Of a stretch of 64,000 nucleotides of DNA, positions 48,571 through 57,922 are shown piece after piece. The position numbers were made by a program, and so were the translations under genes. The stretch's first letter is position 1. Each line of letters starts with the position of its first letter. The stretch is from an uncultured Micavibrio sp. (GTDB taxonomy: Bacteria > Pseudomonadota > Alphaproteobacteria > Micavibrionales > Micavibrionaceae): the NCBI GenBank assembly GCA_964351195.1, contig CAYGNI010000001.1, positions 5,575 to 69,574 on the forward strand, written 5' to 3'. Below the pieces are notes generated by a model. The model had not been told where the DNA came from, searched no databases, and saw only the letters and a list, made by a program, of their open reading frames with translations.

Positions 48571-49308
48571 TTAACCCGCCAGCTTGAGCACGGCCTGTTC
48601 ATGCAGATGTGCGATTTCGGCGATTTCCATGCGGTAGCCGATGCCGGGCTCGGTGATAATCAGGACGGGAATGGAGGGGTCTTTTTCAATTTTCTCGCGG
48701 ATTTGCCCGACAAACACACGGAGGTATTGCGTATCCTCAGCATGGGCGTCGCCCCAGACGTCTTTCAAAATCTCACGGTGCGGCAGCATCTTGCCGCGAT
48801 GAATAATAAAATAGCGCAGCAAATTATATTCCTTCGGCGTAAAGAGCAAAAGATCGTCATTCAAGAACACTTCATGGCGCACCAGATCCATCCGCAACGG
48901 GCCGTTGACCAGCTCCGGCTCGCCGGTTTCCTGCACCGCCGCCGAGCGCAGCGCGGCGTTGATCCGCGCCTTTAAGACATCGGCATTAAACGGCTTGAAC
49001 ACATAATCGCTGGCGCCCGCATTCAGGCATGAAATGACGGACTCGTTATCCGTATCCACCGAAATGATAATAATCGGCAATTCCGACCATTCGCGCAGGG
49101 CCTTGATAAGCTCCACACCGCTCATGTCAGGAAGGTCAGGATCAATCAAAACCAGATCAGGTTTGACGGACACACAAAGCTGGACGGCCTGCCGGCCTGT
49201 CGTGCAATCTACAAGCTTAAACTCATCCTCATCCAGAAAGAGCGAGAGCATTTTATGGCTTGTTTTATCGCCGTCCGCGACTAGCAGGACATTTTTCTTT
49301 TTGTTCAT
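48571..49308 (-). CDS. OmpR/PhoB-family response regulator (KdpE-like), no cognate kinase adjacent
   Basis: Receiver VLLVADGD...DLVLIDPDLPDMSG...DYVFKP and winged helix LTPKEYNLLRYFIIHRGKMLPHREILKDVWG...EPGIGYRM. Confidence 0.88.
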   Translation of the reverse strand: MNKKKNVLLVADGDKTSHKMLSLFLDEDEFKLVDCTTGRQAVQLCVSVKPDLVLIDPDLPDMSGVELIKALREWSELPIIIISVDTDNESVISCLNAGASDYVFKPFNADVLKARINAALRSAAVQETGEPELVNGPLRMDLVRHEVFLNDDLLLFTPKEYNLLRYFIIHRGKMLPHREILKDVWGDAHAEDTQYLRVFVGQIREKIEKDPSIPVLIITEPGIGYRMEIAEIAHLHEQAVLKLAG

Positions 49309-49450
49309 GAGACGCCAAAGCCGCGCCGGCTCTGTATTCGGCGCATTTATAATTTTAGTTTTTTTGAGAGCTTTTCTTTATAGCACAGGGGGATCAAATA
49401 AAGTAGTTTTACTTACTTAACATATTTTACTGTCCTGGATTCTATTTTCT

Positions 49451-49569
49451 GCAATAGAGATTATCGCAGCCCAAGAGAAAAGTTAGCGCAGACTACAAGG
49501 ATAGTGGCAGGGGTTGTAGTCTGGTGATGGCTATTCTTGGGCTTAGATCAAAATAGACTATCTATTGCT
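49451..49569. repeat. ~120-bp imperfect palindrome made of two inverted IS6-like terminal repeats abutting head-to-head (copies C-left and C-right)
   Basis: Matching arm pairs are GCAATAGA/TCTATTGC, AGCCCAAGA/TCTTGGGCT and CAGACTACAA/TTGTAGTCTG. The right arm, GGCAGGGGTTGTAGTCTGGTGATGGCTATTCTT (49506-49538), is 27/33 identical to copy D. Confidence 0.8.
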
Positions 49570-49602
49570 TTAAACCTCTAAAAATGAGCAAAAGGAGTTC
49601 TT

Positions 49603-49947
49603 ATGAGATATTTGTTACATAATTTAGCTGAGCTGGCAGAGCGTCGAGCTGTAAATGTAAGAGCGGAGGCACAGTTGTGGGATATTTTATCACGCGATTT
49701 AAAGCGTGCTGCAAGAGAGTTAGATGAAATCAGGCAGAAACCTAGGCCAACAAAGCCTAAGGCGGATCCGCCGGAAGAAAAGCCGGTATTTGAAGGCCGA
49801 CTTTATGTGCGCGTAAAAGAGGCGCAAAAGATCATGGGGATGGGGCATACGGCTTTATACAATGAAATCAATGAGGGCCGCTTACCGGTCAAAAAAAGCG
49901 GCAGAAAGACATTTATCGCGATGAAGGATATCCATGCTTGGCTTTAG
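49603..49947 (+). CDS. Excisionase/AlpA/MerR-type helix-turn-helix DNA-binding protein
   Basis: The C-terminal YVRVKEAQKIMGMGHTALYNEINEGRLPVKKSGRKTFIAMKDIHAWL is a typical HTH_17/excisionase fold signature. The N-terminal half is coiled and charged. Confidence 0.7.
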   Translation: MRYLLHNLAELAERRAVNVRAEAQLWDILSRDLKRAARELDEIRQKPRPTKPKADPPEEKPVFEGRLYVRVKEAQKIMGMGHTALYNEINEGRLPVKKSGRKTFIAMKDIHAWL

Positions 49948-50183
49948 GCTTTGCCGGATAAGGTGGGGTAGGACTCCTTCATGGTAGCAAGGTGATGCGC
50001 GTGTGATTTACCGTAAAAGCACAATTTACGCCACTCTCAAGTTGCCCGCATCACTTATTTGCTCGCTCCTATATCCATATATTTATTATAAAGAAGCATG
50101 ATTTTAGTTTTCATATTTTATTTGATTTTTTAGGTTTTGTAGTGGTATAAGGTCGAGTATTTTCAATAATAAAGAGTACTTGT

Positions 50184-53100
50184 ATGCCTAGCCCGCACTC
50201 TGTTGAAGCGAAAAAAGCTTACTTTGAAAGTGATGAATTATACGATTTGGCAAAAAGCGCGCCGCGTTTAATGGCTGCTTTTGGCGTCAGTCAATCGGAA
50301 ATACTTACTTTAAAGCCACAGCTTGATGCGACAATTGATACAGAAGGGCTTAGAAATACTGTGCCAATGATTGCTGGTTTAAGAGCAATCGATAAGTTTG
50401 ACGCAAAACAGAATTTCAAACGCTATTTTGTGTTTTTGAGGCTTTTATGCCTGTCTAAATATCCTCCACAAATCAATTATTGGCACGGCACGCCTACACC
50501 TATTAGTCAACAGGAACACGATTCCGCGGACAAGTTGACTATCAGAATGCTTAAAACGCGTGAATTCCGCGAAGAGTTTTATGGTTTTGCTGAGAAATAT
50601 GGTTTTTTAGCTCCGCTTCACTTTTTACTTACATCTAACAGAACGGTAGCACCTGAAGGCGCAGGTGAGTTCCTAGAGAAATGGTGTGCGGATAAGGGCA
50701 TTGATCTTGAGCAATTGAAAGTGGATTACGAAATCCCTGATGGGGATTATGTGTTGCCTAGACCGGATTCCGTAGAGCCTGAAGCGGACACTTCAATAGA
50801 TTTAGCAAATATAGTGGCAGGCCTGAGATATTCTTCAGGTGCTCCAGCAGAAAAAAAAAATATAAGTGCTAATAAGGCCTTAGTGACAGACGGAGAGGTT
50901 TCGTTTCAATATGATATTTCTGATGAGTTTCGATTAAAACTCTTAGATCTTTATGAGCGTGCTTCTAATGCCCAAGATGGCAAAGAAATGGCAGCCATTC
51001 ACAAAGAGCACGATAGATTACATCAATTTGACGAAACCACGAATTTAGATAATAAGGGGCCCAATACTCTTATCCAGCTTGATAAGCTGTGGGAGCAAGG
51101 CAGGTCTACACCAGAGTCAGATGCTTCACACATGATGAGCATCATATTTTTAGATAGTTTTAAACTCAGCAATGATTATATAAGCCAAAAAACTCTAATT
51201 GAGGGCAGACGATTAGAAGAGGTTATTGGTAAAGAAAATGCTGAGCGTATGGGGAAGGCTAAAACTAAAAAATTCTATGAAGAGTTATCGAATGATCAGT
51301 TGTATCGGTTATTTGAGCGCATGCATCAGCATGGAATCTTAGGCATATTTGAAAATCACTTGGCTAATAAAGATGTACATTTTTTGCCGAGCTTTTTATC
51401 TAAAAAGTTAGAGTGGTGGAAAGAAAACAAGATGCCTGTCTTAAAAGCTGGACCCGCTCTATTAGGTGCAGGGCAAGAAAAAAACGACCCGGAACCGGAA
51501 AATGCTGATGCCATTATTGCCGAAAAACAAGAATGGTTTGACCAGCATGGGCTTGCTGTAAAGGCGCGTCGATTAGGCGGTGAACAATTCGCTTTAGCTT
51601 GTGGCCTTGAACATTATGATCCCAGTCAATCAGATAAAATTTCAAAACGTATACATGCATATGGATCTACGGTTATAGGGTCTCTGCGTGCTATTGCGAC
51701 TATAGATGCAGATTTTCAACATAAAAGATCGCATTTATTTGCGGAAATGCTGAACCTATCAAAAATTTCTGCGCCTACGATGAAAGCAATCAGTAAAAAA
51801 ATTAAAAAGGCTAGTGCGCTGGGTAATTCGCAGTTGGTGGCAGAAGCTATTCAATATCCAGCATATATTAGCTGGACTGAGGGAGGTCATTGGAGCAGCA
51901 TGCTAAATGATCAGGGCATGAGCGAAGAAGTATTTGGTCATGTAAAAAACTTTGATTTGGTCGCACCTTTTTATTTCTTGCTGAGTTCAAAAAACACGCA
52001 TGCGCCAAGGCATGTTGCTGATGACTTTAAAGATTGGTGTCAAAAAGAAGGCATTAATCTGCGTCAAGCACTTTTGGATTATGAGCTTATTGATCTCAAC
52101 AAACCAAAACCTGATATTGACCTTGAAATGTCTTTGGCAAGCCAGCTTATTGAATATGGGATTTCAACGGGTTCAAAAGAGAGGAATGCTAGGCTAAGTG
52201 GACTCTCGATGGAAGAATTGCATGAAGTGCCTCAAGGTGAAAGGGATCATGCGTGGTATGCGCATATGGTACGGAAAAGTCCCGGTTACATTGGTGACAA
52301 AACTGTCGTGGATGCTCTTACAAAGTTTGTAAGAGAAACATCTGCAAGTGACGTGACGAAAGAACGCTTTGGTCAAGCTATTTCTCAAGAAGCAGGGCTT
52401 TCCGCCCCCCCAGTTCCTGCTATGTGGATAGAGTCTGATGTAGATGACGATGATATTGCCAAGATAGCTTTTTTATTGGAAAGGCTGCCGAAAAACAAAA
52501 CAGGTTTAAAAGTTACTCAATTTGTTCTTCACCGTGAACATGGGATGTTGCCCAAAGAAGGTCAGGCTATTTTTCATTCTGTAACTATACCAGTGCCCAG
52601 CAACAAGCTAGCTACAATAGTTTACAAATATAATGTATCGGTCCTACCTGAGACTGAAGAAGAGCTGGCCTTCGTTCGAAGTACAGCACAGATGGTGCAT
52701 TTTGTGGCTGCTATTAATGATACCTCTCAGCCCTTCAAATTTTTGCCACCTCCAGAAGGTGCCACCGCCGATATTCAAAACAAGCCGCTTGGTACTATTA
52801 CGTTAAATGGACCATCAATAACGCTGAATATGAAGAGAGCGGCACATATACCAGGTATAAACGCACCTGCCTTGCTTCCTACTGTTGATGAGAGTCCCGA
52901 GAAAACAGAGCCTGCAACACCTCCTTCACCAGACGCACCAGTTTTTACGCCTGTTATTGAAGGCTTCGCTCCTTCTCAAGCTGCCAATGATGGTATTGAG
53001 GCTGAGAGGGTTTCTAGAAAGTTTCGACTTAAAGCGATTGAACCTAATGGTATACCTCTTAGTGAACGGGATATATGGTGGCCAAACCCTGAAGGCCGTG

Positions 53101-55073
53101 ATTTGGATCATGCTGTAGTTAGAAAAAACATAAACGCAGCACGATTGAACCGTGCAAGTGGCGCTTACAAAGCTTTCAACGAACCTGCACATCATTATCC
53201 AAGAATTATAAGCTCCCCATCTGATGCACCCGATGGCGCAGAAAAAGAGCCTGCTAATGATACGTCTGTAACCAAAGAAACAACACACCGTAACGAGGAA
53301 AGTGGAGAACAAGCAAGTGGTACAAGAGAAAGAGAATCTCCAGCGGTGTTTGCAGGTCTTACTAAAGTGCCAGATATCGAAGAAAGTACTTTATTCCCAG
53401 ATTCCCTGACGGACGATGAGAAGATTGAAATTTGGGATAAATATGAACAAGCGTATCGAAAAACTGTCGAGGTTTTGTTGTCAGAGGCGGACATGTATTT
53501 ATTTCAGGCACTTAACAGAGGGTGCAATCAATTTAGTTGCTTCATTGATTTAAACAAACCAGGATTTGCTATTCATTTGCGCTTCTCGGGCGAGGTCGAG
53601 ATAGAAGGCGAAACAAAGACACGAACACATTCTTTCATATTAGAAAACTATGATAAGGTTTACAGAGATTTAGGTATTCCTTTAACCATGGAAAACGCAG
53701 TCGATCTCAAAATCGCTGTGCAAAGTATAATTCTAAATACTGAAGGTGTTTTTCCTGCTCGTCATGTTTCTTTTATCGGAAAAAATACTTCTGTCAAATA
53801 TGATACACAAATGCCATCTCCCATGAAAGGTTTTGAACCCGCAATACGCACAGATACTAGGGGCATGTGCTCTCTCACCTACGCAGTACAAGACCCCTAC
53901 AACAAAGGACTGGTCAGAGTAAGTGTGCCTTTAGGTATGGCTATGCATTTTGAAGATGAGGCTGCAGAGCAAACAGAGCTTCGAGAACGTAAGGAGTTTG
54001 TTCTTGGTTATCTAAGAAAAATAGAAGAATACAGAACGTCAGAAGGTTTCCGTGCTTACGTGTTCAAACGGGATGTCATGGCAAAATTAAAATCTTGGTT
54101 GAAGGAAAATAATAAAGAATGGGAAACCTCAGAGCGTGTGGATCTTGAAGGGTTTGAAAGTAGCAGACTGATTCATGTCTTTTCACAAAATGCACAACCA
54201 TCAAACTCAGACGCTGAAAAAAACATTACTTTGGCATCAATTTCTTTGGGAATGGACGTGGGGGGGGAGAATGCTTCATGGAATTGCTATTTGAATTTTT
54301 ATATGGGCGATCAAGGCAGTAAACTAATGGGTGAACGCGTTCATACCCGTTTCTTTTCTTTACGTACACGTGATCCTCAATTGGCAATTGCCAGAGCTTT
54401 GGAAACTTTAAATGGGGTAGGTAATAAATTTGATGGCATATGCGAAGGCTTAATTCCTACTCTGCAAAGGCATGCTCGTGAAAACGGAGATGGGTGGCGC
54501 GTTGAAAAAACAGATAAAGGCTACAAAGTTTATATTGGCGGTGGTTTGGAATTACAGGATGCCTTAGATGATATGATGCGATATGAGCGTGATATCGGCG
54601 TCAAACTTGAACAAATTTTACAAACATATGATGGGAATACTATTATCACGCTCCAAGCTCTACGCTGTTTGATAGGGGATCTTGGTGGTGCTGTTAGACC
54701 TGCACCAGAATATGTTTATGAACGAGACGAAAAGTCAAGAAAGCCGATAGCTTTAAGTGTCCAAGTCCCAAGAGAAAAAGTAGGCTTGATAGATTCATTT
54801 GTTGATGAAGTGGATAGTCATATCAAATGGTTTGCCGAAGAAGCCTACGGCTCAATTGCCATAGGCCAGAAAGAACAACCAGACAGGCGTAAGCGTCCTT
54901 TAGAATATCGTACGGTTCAAATCAGAAATGGGTTAATTCGCGCGGTAGAAGCGATTTACGAAAGTCATTTTGGTTACAAACTCCCAAAAAATTGGTACAG
55001 ACCGGAAATGCAGTATGCCATTTTACAAAACACAACTCGACAAGAAGAAAATTTTCCTAGAAAAGAAGTATAA
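50184..55073 (+). CDS. Orphan giant protein (1,629 aa), no recognisable catalytic motif, with N-terminal internal duplication
   Basis: Uninterrupted ORF in AT-rich DNA. The stop overlaps the next start (TAATG). I found no Walker A, HExxH or methylase DPPY/NPPY motif by eye. Confidence 0.85.
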   Translation: MPSPHSVEAKKAYFESDELYDLAKSAPRLMAAFGVSQSEILTLKPQLDATIDTEGLRNTVPMIAGLRAIDKFDAKQNFKRYFVFLRLLCLSKYPPQINYWHGTPTPISQQEHDSADKLTIRMLKTREFREEFYGFAEKYGFLAPLHFLLTSNRTVAPEGAGEFLEKWCADKGIDLEQLKVDYEIPDGDYVLPRPDSVEPEADTSIDLANIVAGLRYSSGAPAEKKNISANKALVTDGEVSFQYDISDEFRLKLLDLYERASNAQDGKEMAAIHKEHDRLHQFDETTNLDNKGPNTLIQLDKLWEQGRSTPESDASHMMSIIFLDSFKLSNDYISQKTLIEGRRLEEVIGKENAERMGKAKTKKFYEELSNDQLYRLFERMHQHGILGIFENHLANKDVHFLPSFLSKKLEWWKENKMPVLKAGPALLGAGQEKNDPEPENADAIIAEKQEWFDQHGLAVKARRLGGEQFALACGLEHYDPSQSDKISKRIHAYGSTVIGSLRAIATIDADFQHKRSHLFAEMLNLSKISAPTMKAISKKIKKASALGNSQLVAEAIQYPAYISWTEGGHWSSMLNDQGMSEEVFGHVKNFDLVAPFYFLLSSKNTHAPRHVADDFKDWCQKEGINLRQALLDYELIDLNKPKPDIDLEMSLASQLIEYGISTGSKERNARLSGLSMEELHEVPQGERDHAWYAHMVRKSPGYIGDKTVVDALTKFVRETSASDVTKERFGQAISQEAGLSAPPVPAMWIESDVDDDDIAKIAFLLERLPKNKTGLKVTQFVLHREHGMLPKEGQAIFHSVTIPVPSNKLATIVYKYNVSVLPETEEELAFVRSTAQMVHFVAAINDTSQPFKFLPPPEGATADIQNKPLGTITLNGPSITLNMKRAAHIPGINAPALLPTVDESPEKTEPATPPSPDAPVFTPVIEGFAPSQAANDGIEAERVSRKFRLKAIEPNGIPLSERDIWWPNPEGRDLDHAVVRKNINAARLNRASGAYKAFNEPAHHYPRIISSPSDAPDGAEKEPANDTSVTKETTHRNEESGEQASGTRERESPAVFAGLTKVPDIEESTLFPDSLTDDEKIEIWDKYEQAYRKTVEVLLSEADMYLFQALNRGCNQFSCFIDLNKPGFAIHLRFSGEVEIEGETKTRTHSFILENYDKVYRDLGIPLTMENAVDLKIAVQSIILNTEGVFPARHVSFIGKNTSVKYDTQMPSPMKGFEPAIRTDTRGMCSLTYAVQDPYNKGLVRVSVPLGMAMHFEDEAAEQTELRERKEFVLGYLRKIEEYRTSEGFRAYVFKRDVMAKLKSWLKENNKEWETSERVDLEGFESSRLIHVFSQNAQPSNSDAEKNITLASISLGMDVGGENASWNCYLNFYMGDQGSKLMGERVHTRFFSLRTRDPQLAIARALETLNGVGNKFDGICEGLIPTLQRHARENGDGWRVEKTDKGYKVYIGGGLELQDALDDMMRYERDIGVKLEQILQTYDGNTIITLQALRCLIGDLGGAVRPAPEYVYERDEKSRKPIALSVQVPREKVGLIDSFVDEVDSHIKWFAEEAYGSIAIGQKEQPDRRKRPLEYRTVQIRNGLIRAVEAIYESHFGYKLPKNWYRPEMQYAILQNTTRQEENFPRKEV

Positions 55074-57580
55074 TGACACGAAGACCACCTCCCCATAATC
55101 CAATACTCGAAAGAAATGTCCGCTTAATGATGGGGCGTTACACAGCGCATCTTGAAAGCGGAAACCACATTTTGCGTGAAGGTAGCCAGCAAGAAATCGC
55201 TCACAGCACAATTGATTATTTTCGTGAAGTCGATCCTGAAACATATGCCATTCCTACGAATGGCCATTATGTTGCACCCGGAGGGCTAGGAAAAACGATC
55301 ACTGGGGGTGATTTAGTAGTTGGCATTAATACAATGCCAAGTGGCCGCTATGTTCTTGGAGACCCTGCACTTGGGAAACGTATACTTATCGCTGTACCTA
55401 CAAATGGGCTTGTTGATCAATGGGCAAATAGGTTACTTGGCGAGTATAATGAGGAAAAACAAGCTCGTGACCCAAGCATCTTTGGCGATCGGTTTACGGA
55501 AGAAAATGTTGGAATATATCATGCGGGGCTTTCTGATACTGAAAAAGCTAATGTTCTCTCGAAACCCATCGTTATTGGTGTTCATGATTCTCTGCAAATA
55601 CTTTGCAAAGCGCAAGATCCAGCAGCCAGAAAATATAAACCACTTTTAAGCCCTCAAGACTTCGACCTTGTAATTATTGATGAGGTAGACGACAAAGTAA
55701 GAGGAGATGTAACACGCCAATTCTACTTGGACACCTTTTTCCCCCATTGTATGATCGTAGGCTGCACCGCTACTCCTTTATTTAAAAGTGGTAGAACAAT
55801 AGGAGACTATCTTTTTGGAGGAAAAAAACCTATATGTGAAATTCCACATGAGGTAGCTGTCCAAAGACGAGAAATCGCGCCCCACATCAATATTATCGTT
55901 GAGCCAAAAGTTGATTTATCATCCAATCCTGAATCACTGACAAAAGGTTGGGATGATTACACACCAGCCCAACAGCGTCGTTTTATTGAGCAAACCGGCA
56001 TTGATCAGGCATTGTTGAAAGTAATTGCCTTGGGCACCCATCCTAAAACCGGCAAGCCTTTGAGGGATATGATGCAGCTTCATCAGGCTGTTAACATCGA
56101 GCATGCCGAGCTTATAGCCGCACAATTGAACGCCGCATTTGGCCCCAACTACGCAGAGCCAGTGTGGGGGGGAACAGATGCAAAAATGGATGAATGGATG
56201 CGCCGAATTATCAAATGGGAATTTGGTAAAGATGATTTGAGGGCTGTTGTGCAATGCATGGTCTGGGGAAGAGGAACGGATTTTTCTGAGCTTGAAATGA
56301 CCGTGCAGCATGCACCAAGCTTATCGCCAAACAAAACAACACAATTTCACACGCGTGCAAGTCGCAGAGATGATGGAACGAAGACTGCCTTGTATTTGAG
56401 CCCATTCCTTCCGGGGATCGATCAGCTGGTTATTGGTGAGTTATTGGGCGGGTTATACATGATTCCTCCTGGCTTTGAATTTTCTCGAACGACAGACAGG
56501 GGGGGCCTTCCATCTGATCGCGAACCCTGGCCAGAGATAGAAGGAGTGAATGTCTATTATACGGAACGTCATTTGAAAATGTTTGCAAAAGAGCGCAAAC
56601 GCCAAAGAGAGATCGATGGCCTGCAAGAAAAGACAAAAGACATGATGACCTTGGATCAAATGTCGAAGGTTCTAAAGATTGATGCAAGCATTTTATACAA
56701 ACGCGTGTATGGCCCTCTACAAGAAGCTTACGAAAGAAGACAGGCACGCCAGGAGTTTATTGATCTGGAAGATGTACTGCATGTAAGGGGGAAAATATTC
56801 CCTGTGCGCCGTATGGGGTTTTATCAGCACGATGGACAAGAAGTCTTTTGCGTGGATAGAGATTTAGTCGGTTTGTGTGAACATACATTATATGGTCGCC
56901 TTGATCACACGCCCATGGAAGTTCTTGATAAGAAAATCGCTCAAGGATTGCTTGGGTGTGGAAAAGAAGAAATTGATAATTTGTGGGCAGAATTACAGCA
57001 AGCATTCTTTGATCGTAAACCTTATGAAACTGAATTTAAAGTTGCAGGTGTTGATTTCTCCTATAATAGCTTTGGCTTTTTTAGGCGTCAAAGGGAAGGG
57101 ACATCAGAGTTCTTTATTTTCCCAGATGCGCTCATTCCCGCGTATCGCAAAATAAACGGCGTTGATGTTGAGACGGCTCAGCGTTGGGCTGAAAAACCTT
57201 CCATACGCCAATGTAAAACAGCTGATTGGTATACTGCAGCCGGCGTTATGAAAGCATTACAACTTAATCTACTTGTAGAAAACGAAGACACGGTTTTTGT
57301 GGCAGAGGTATTCGAGTTTCTGGAAGCTCGAACACGAACCCTAAGGGTTGGGCAAGAAAGAGACATAATAATAGATATAAATGGGTGTAAACAGGCTCTG
57401 AGATGTTCCAGACGCTGGTTGCCCATGGCTTCTGCTAAGCAGCAGACCACTCTGGTTATCGACAAAAAAGCTTTACAATGGATCAGTAATAAACTGGATG
57501 AAGAAAGCACACATAAAGCGCAAAGATCTCATAGTGCACACCCGGATGACTTAGGACCACAACCGAACATGAGATCATAA
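55073..57580 (+). CDS. Superfamily-2 (DEAD/DEAH, type III restriction 'Res'-like) helicase with ~400-aa uncharacterised C-terminal region
   Basis: Q-like SQQEIAH, motif I APGGLGKT, Ia IAVPTNGLVDQW, II VIIDEVDD, III GCTATP, and V/VI VWGRGTDF...QFHTRASRR. Confidence 0.85.
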   Translation: MTRRPPPHNPILERNVRLMMGRYTAHLESGNHILREGSQQEIAHSTIDYFREVDPETYAIPTNGHYVAPGGLGKTITGGDLVVGINTMPSGRYVLGDPALGKRILIAVPTNGLVDQWANRLLGEYNEEKQARDPSIFGDRFTEENVGIYHAGLSDTEKANVLSKPIVIGVHDSLQILCKAQDPAARKYKPLLSPQDFDLVIIDEVDDKVRGDVTRQFYLDTFFPHCMIVGCTATPLFKSGRTIGDYLFGGKKPICEIPHEVAVQRREIAPHINIIVEPKVDLSSNPESLTKGWDDYTPAQQRRFIEQTGIDQALLKVIALGTHPKTGKPLRDMMQLHQAVNIEHAELIAAQLNAAFGPNYAEPVWGGTDAKMDEWMRRIIKWEFGKDDLRAVVQCMVWGRGTDFSELEMTVQHAPSLSPNKTTQFHTRASRRDDGTKTALYLSPFLPGIDQLVIGELLGGLYMIPPGFEFSRTTDRGGLPSDREPWPEIEGVNVYYTERHLKMFAKERKRQREIDGLQEKTKDMMTLDQMSKVLKIDASILYKRVYGPLQEAYERRQARQEFIDLEDVLHVRGKIFPVRRMGFYQHDGQEVFCVDRDLVGLCEHTLYGRLDHTPMEVLDKKIAQGLLGCGKEEIDNLWAELQQAFFDRKPYETEFKVAGVDFSYNSFGFFRRQREGTSEFFIFPDALIPAYRKINGVDVETAQRWAEKPSIRQCKTADWYTAAGVMKALQLNLLVENEDTVFVAEVFEFLEARTRTLRVGQERDIIIDINGCKQALRCSRRWLPMASAKQQTTLVIDKKALQWISNKLDEESTHKAQRSHSAHPDDLGPQPNMRS

Positions 57581-57889
57581 AATTGGCTAAAACAGTTAAA
57601 TTTTTTACTTTAAAGTTAAGCAAAACCTCGCCCTATGGTATACAAAATGTGTTAAGGAGAAATAGCTTTTGTTAAACCGTTCAAGACAAAAATTCTCTTT
57701 TAATACTCTTACAGATAGAAAAGTATGCGAAAGGTCACGCGGAAAAATAGTCACTTGAGATAATGGGTGAGAAACGGGGTGGTTTTGGCATTCTCTGCGC
57801 GTTTCGGACAGGGGCATATCGGCAAAGCGCTCGGATCGCTGGGCTTCAGCGCGTAAATTCTCTACACCTGGTGGATTGGAAGGCTGAAT

Positions 57890-57922
57890 GGCAGGGGTTG
57901 TAGTCTGCCTATAACTATTCTC
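57890..57922 (+). repeat. IS6-like terminal repeat, copy D
   Basis: GGCAGGGGTTGTAGTCTGCCTATAACTATTCTC. Its last 8 nt overlap the stop codon and C-terminus of the AlkB-like gene. Confidence 0.8.
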
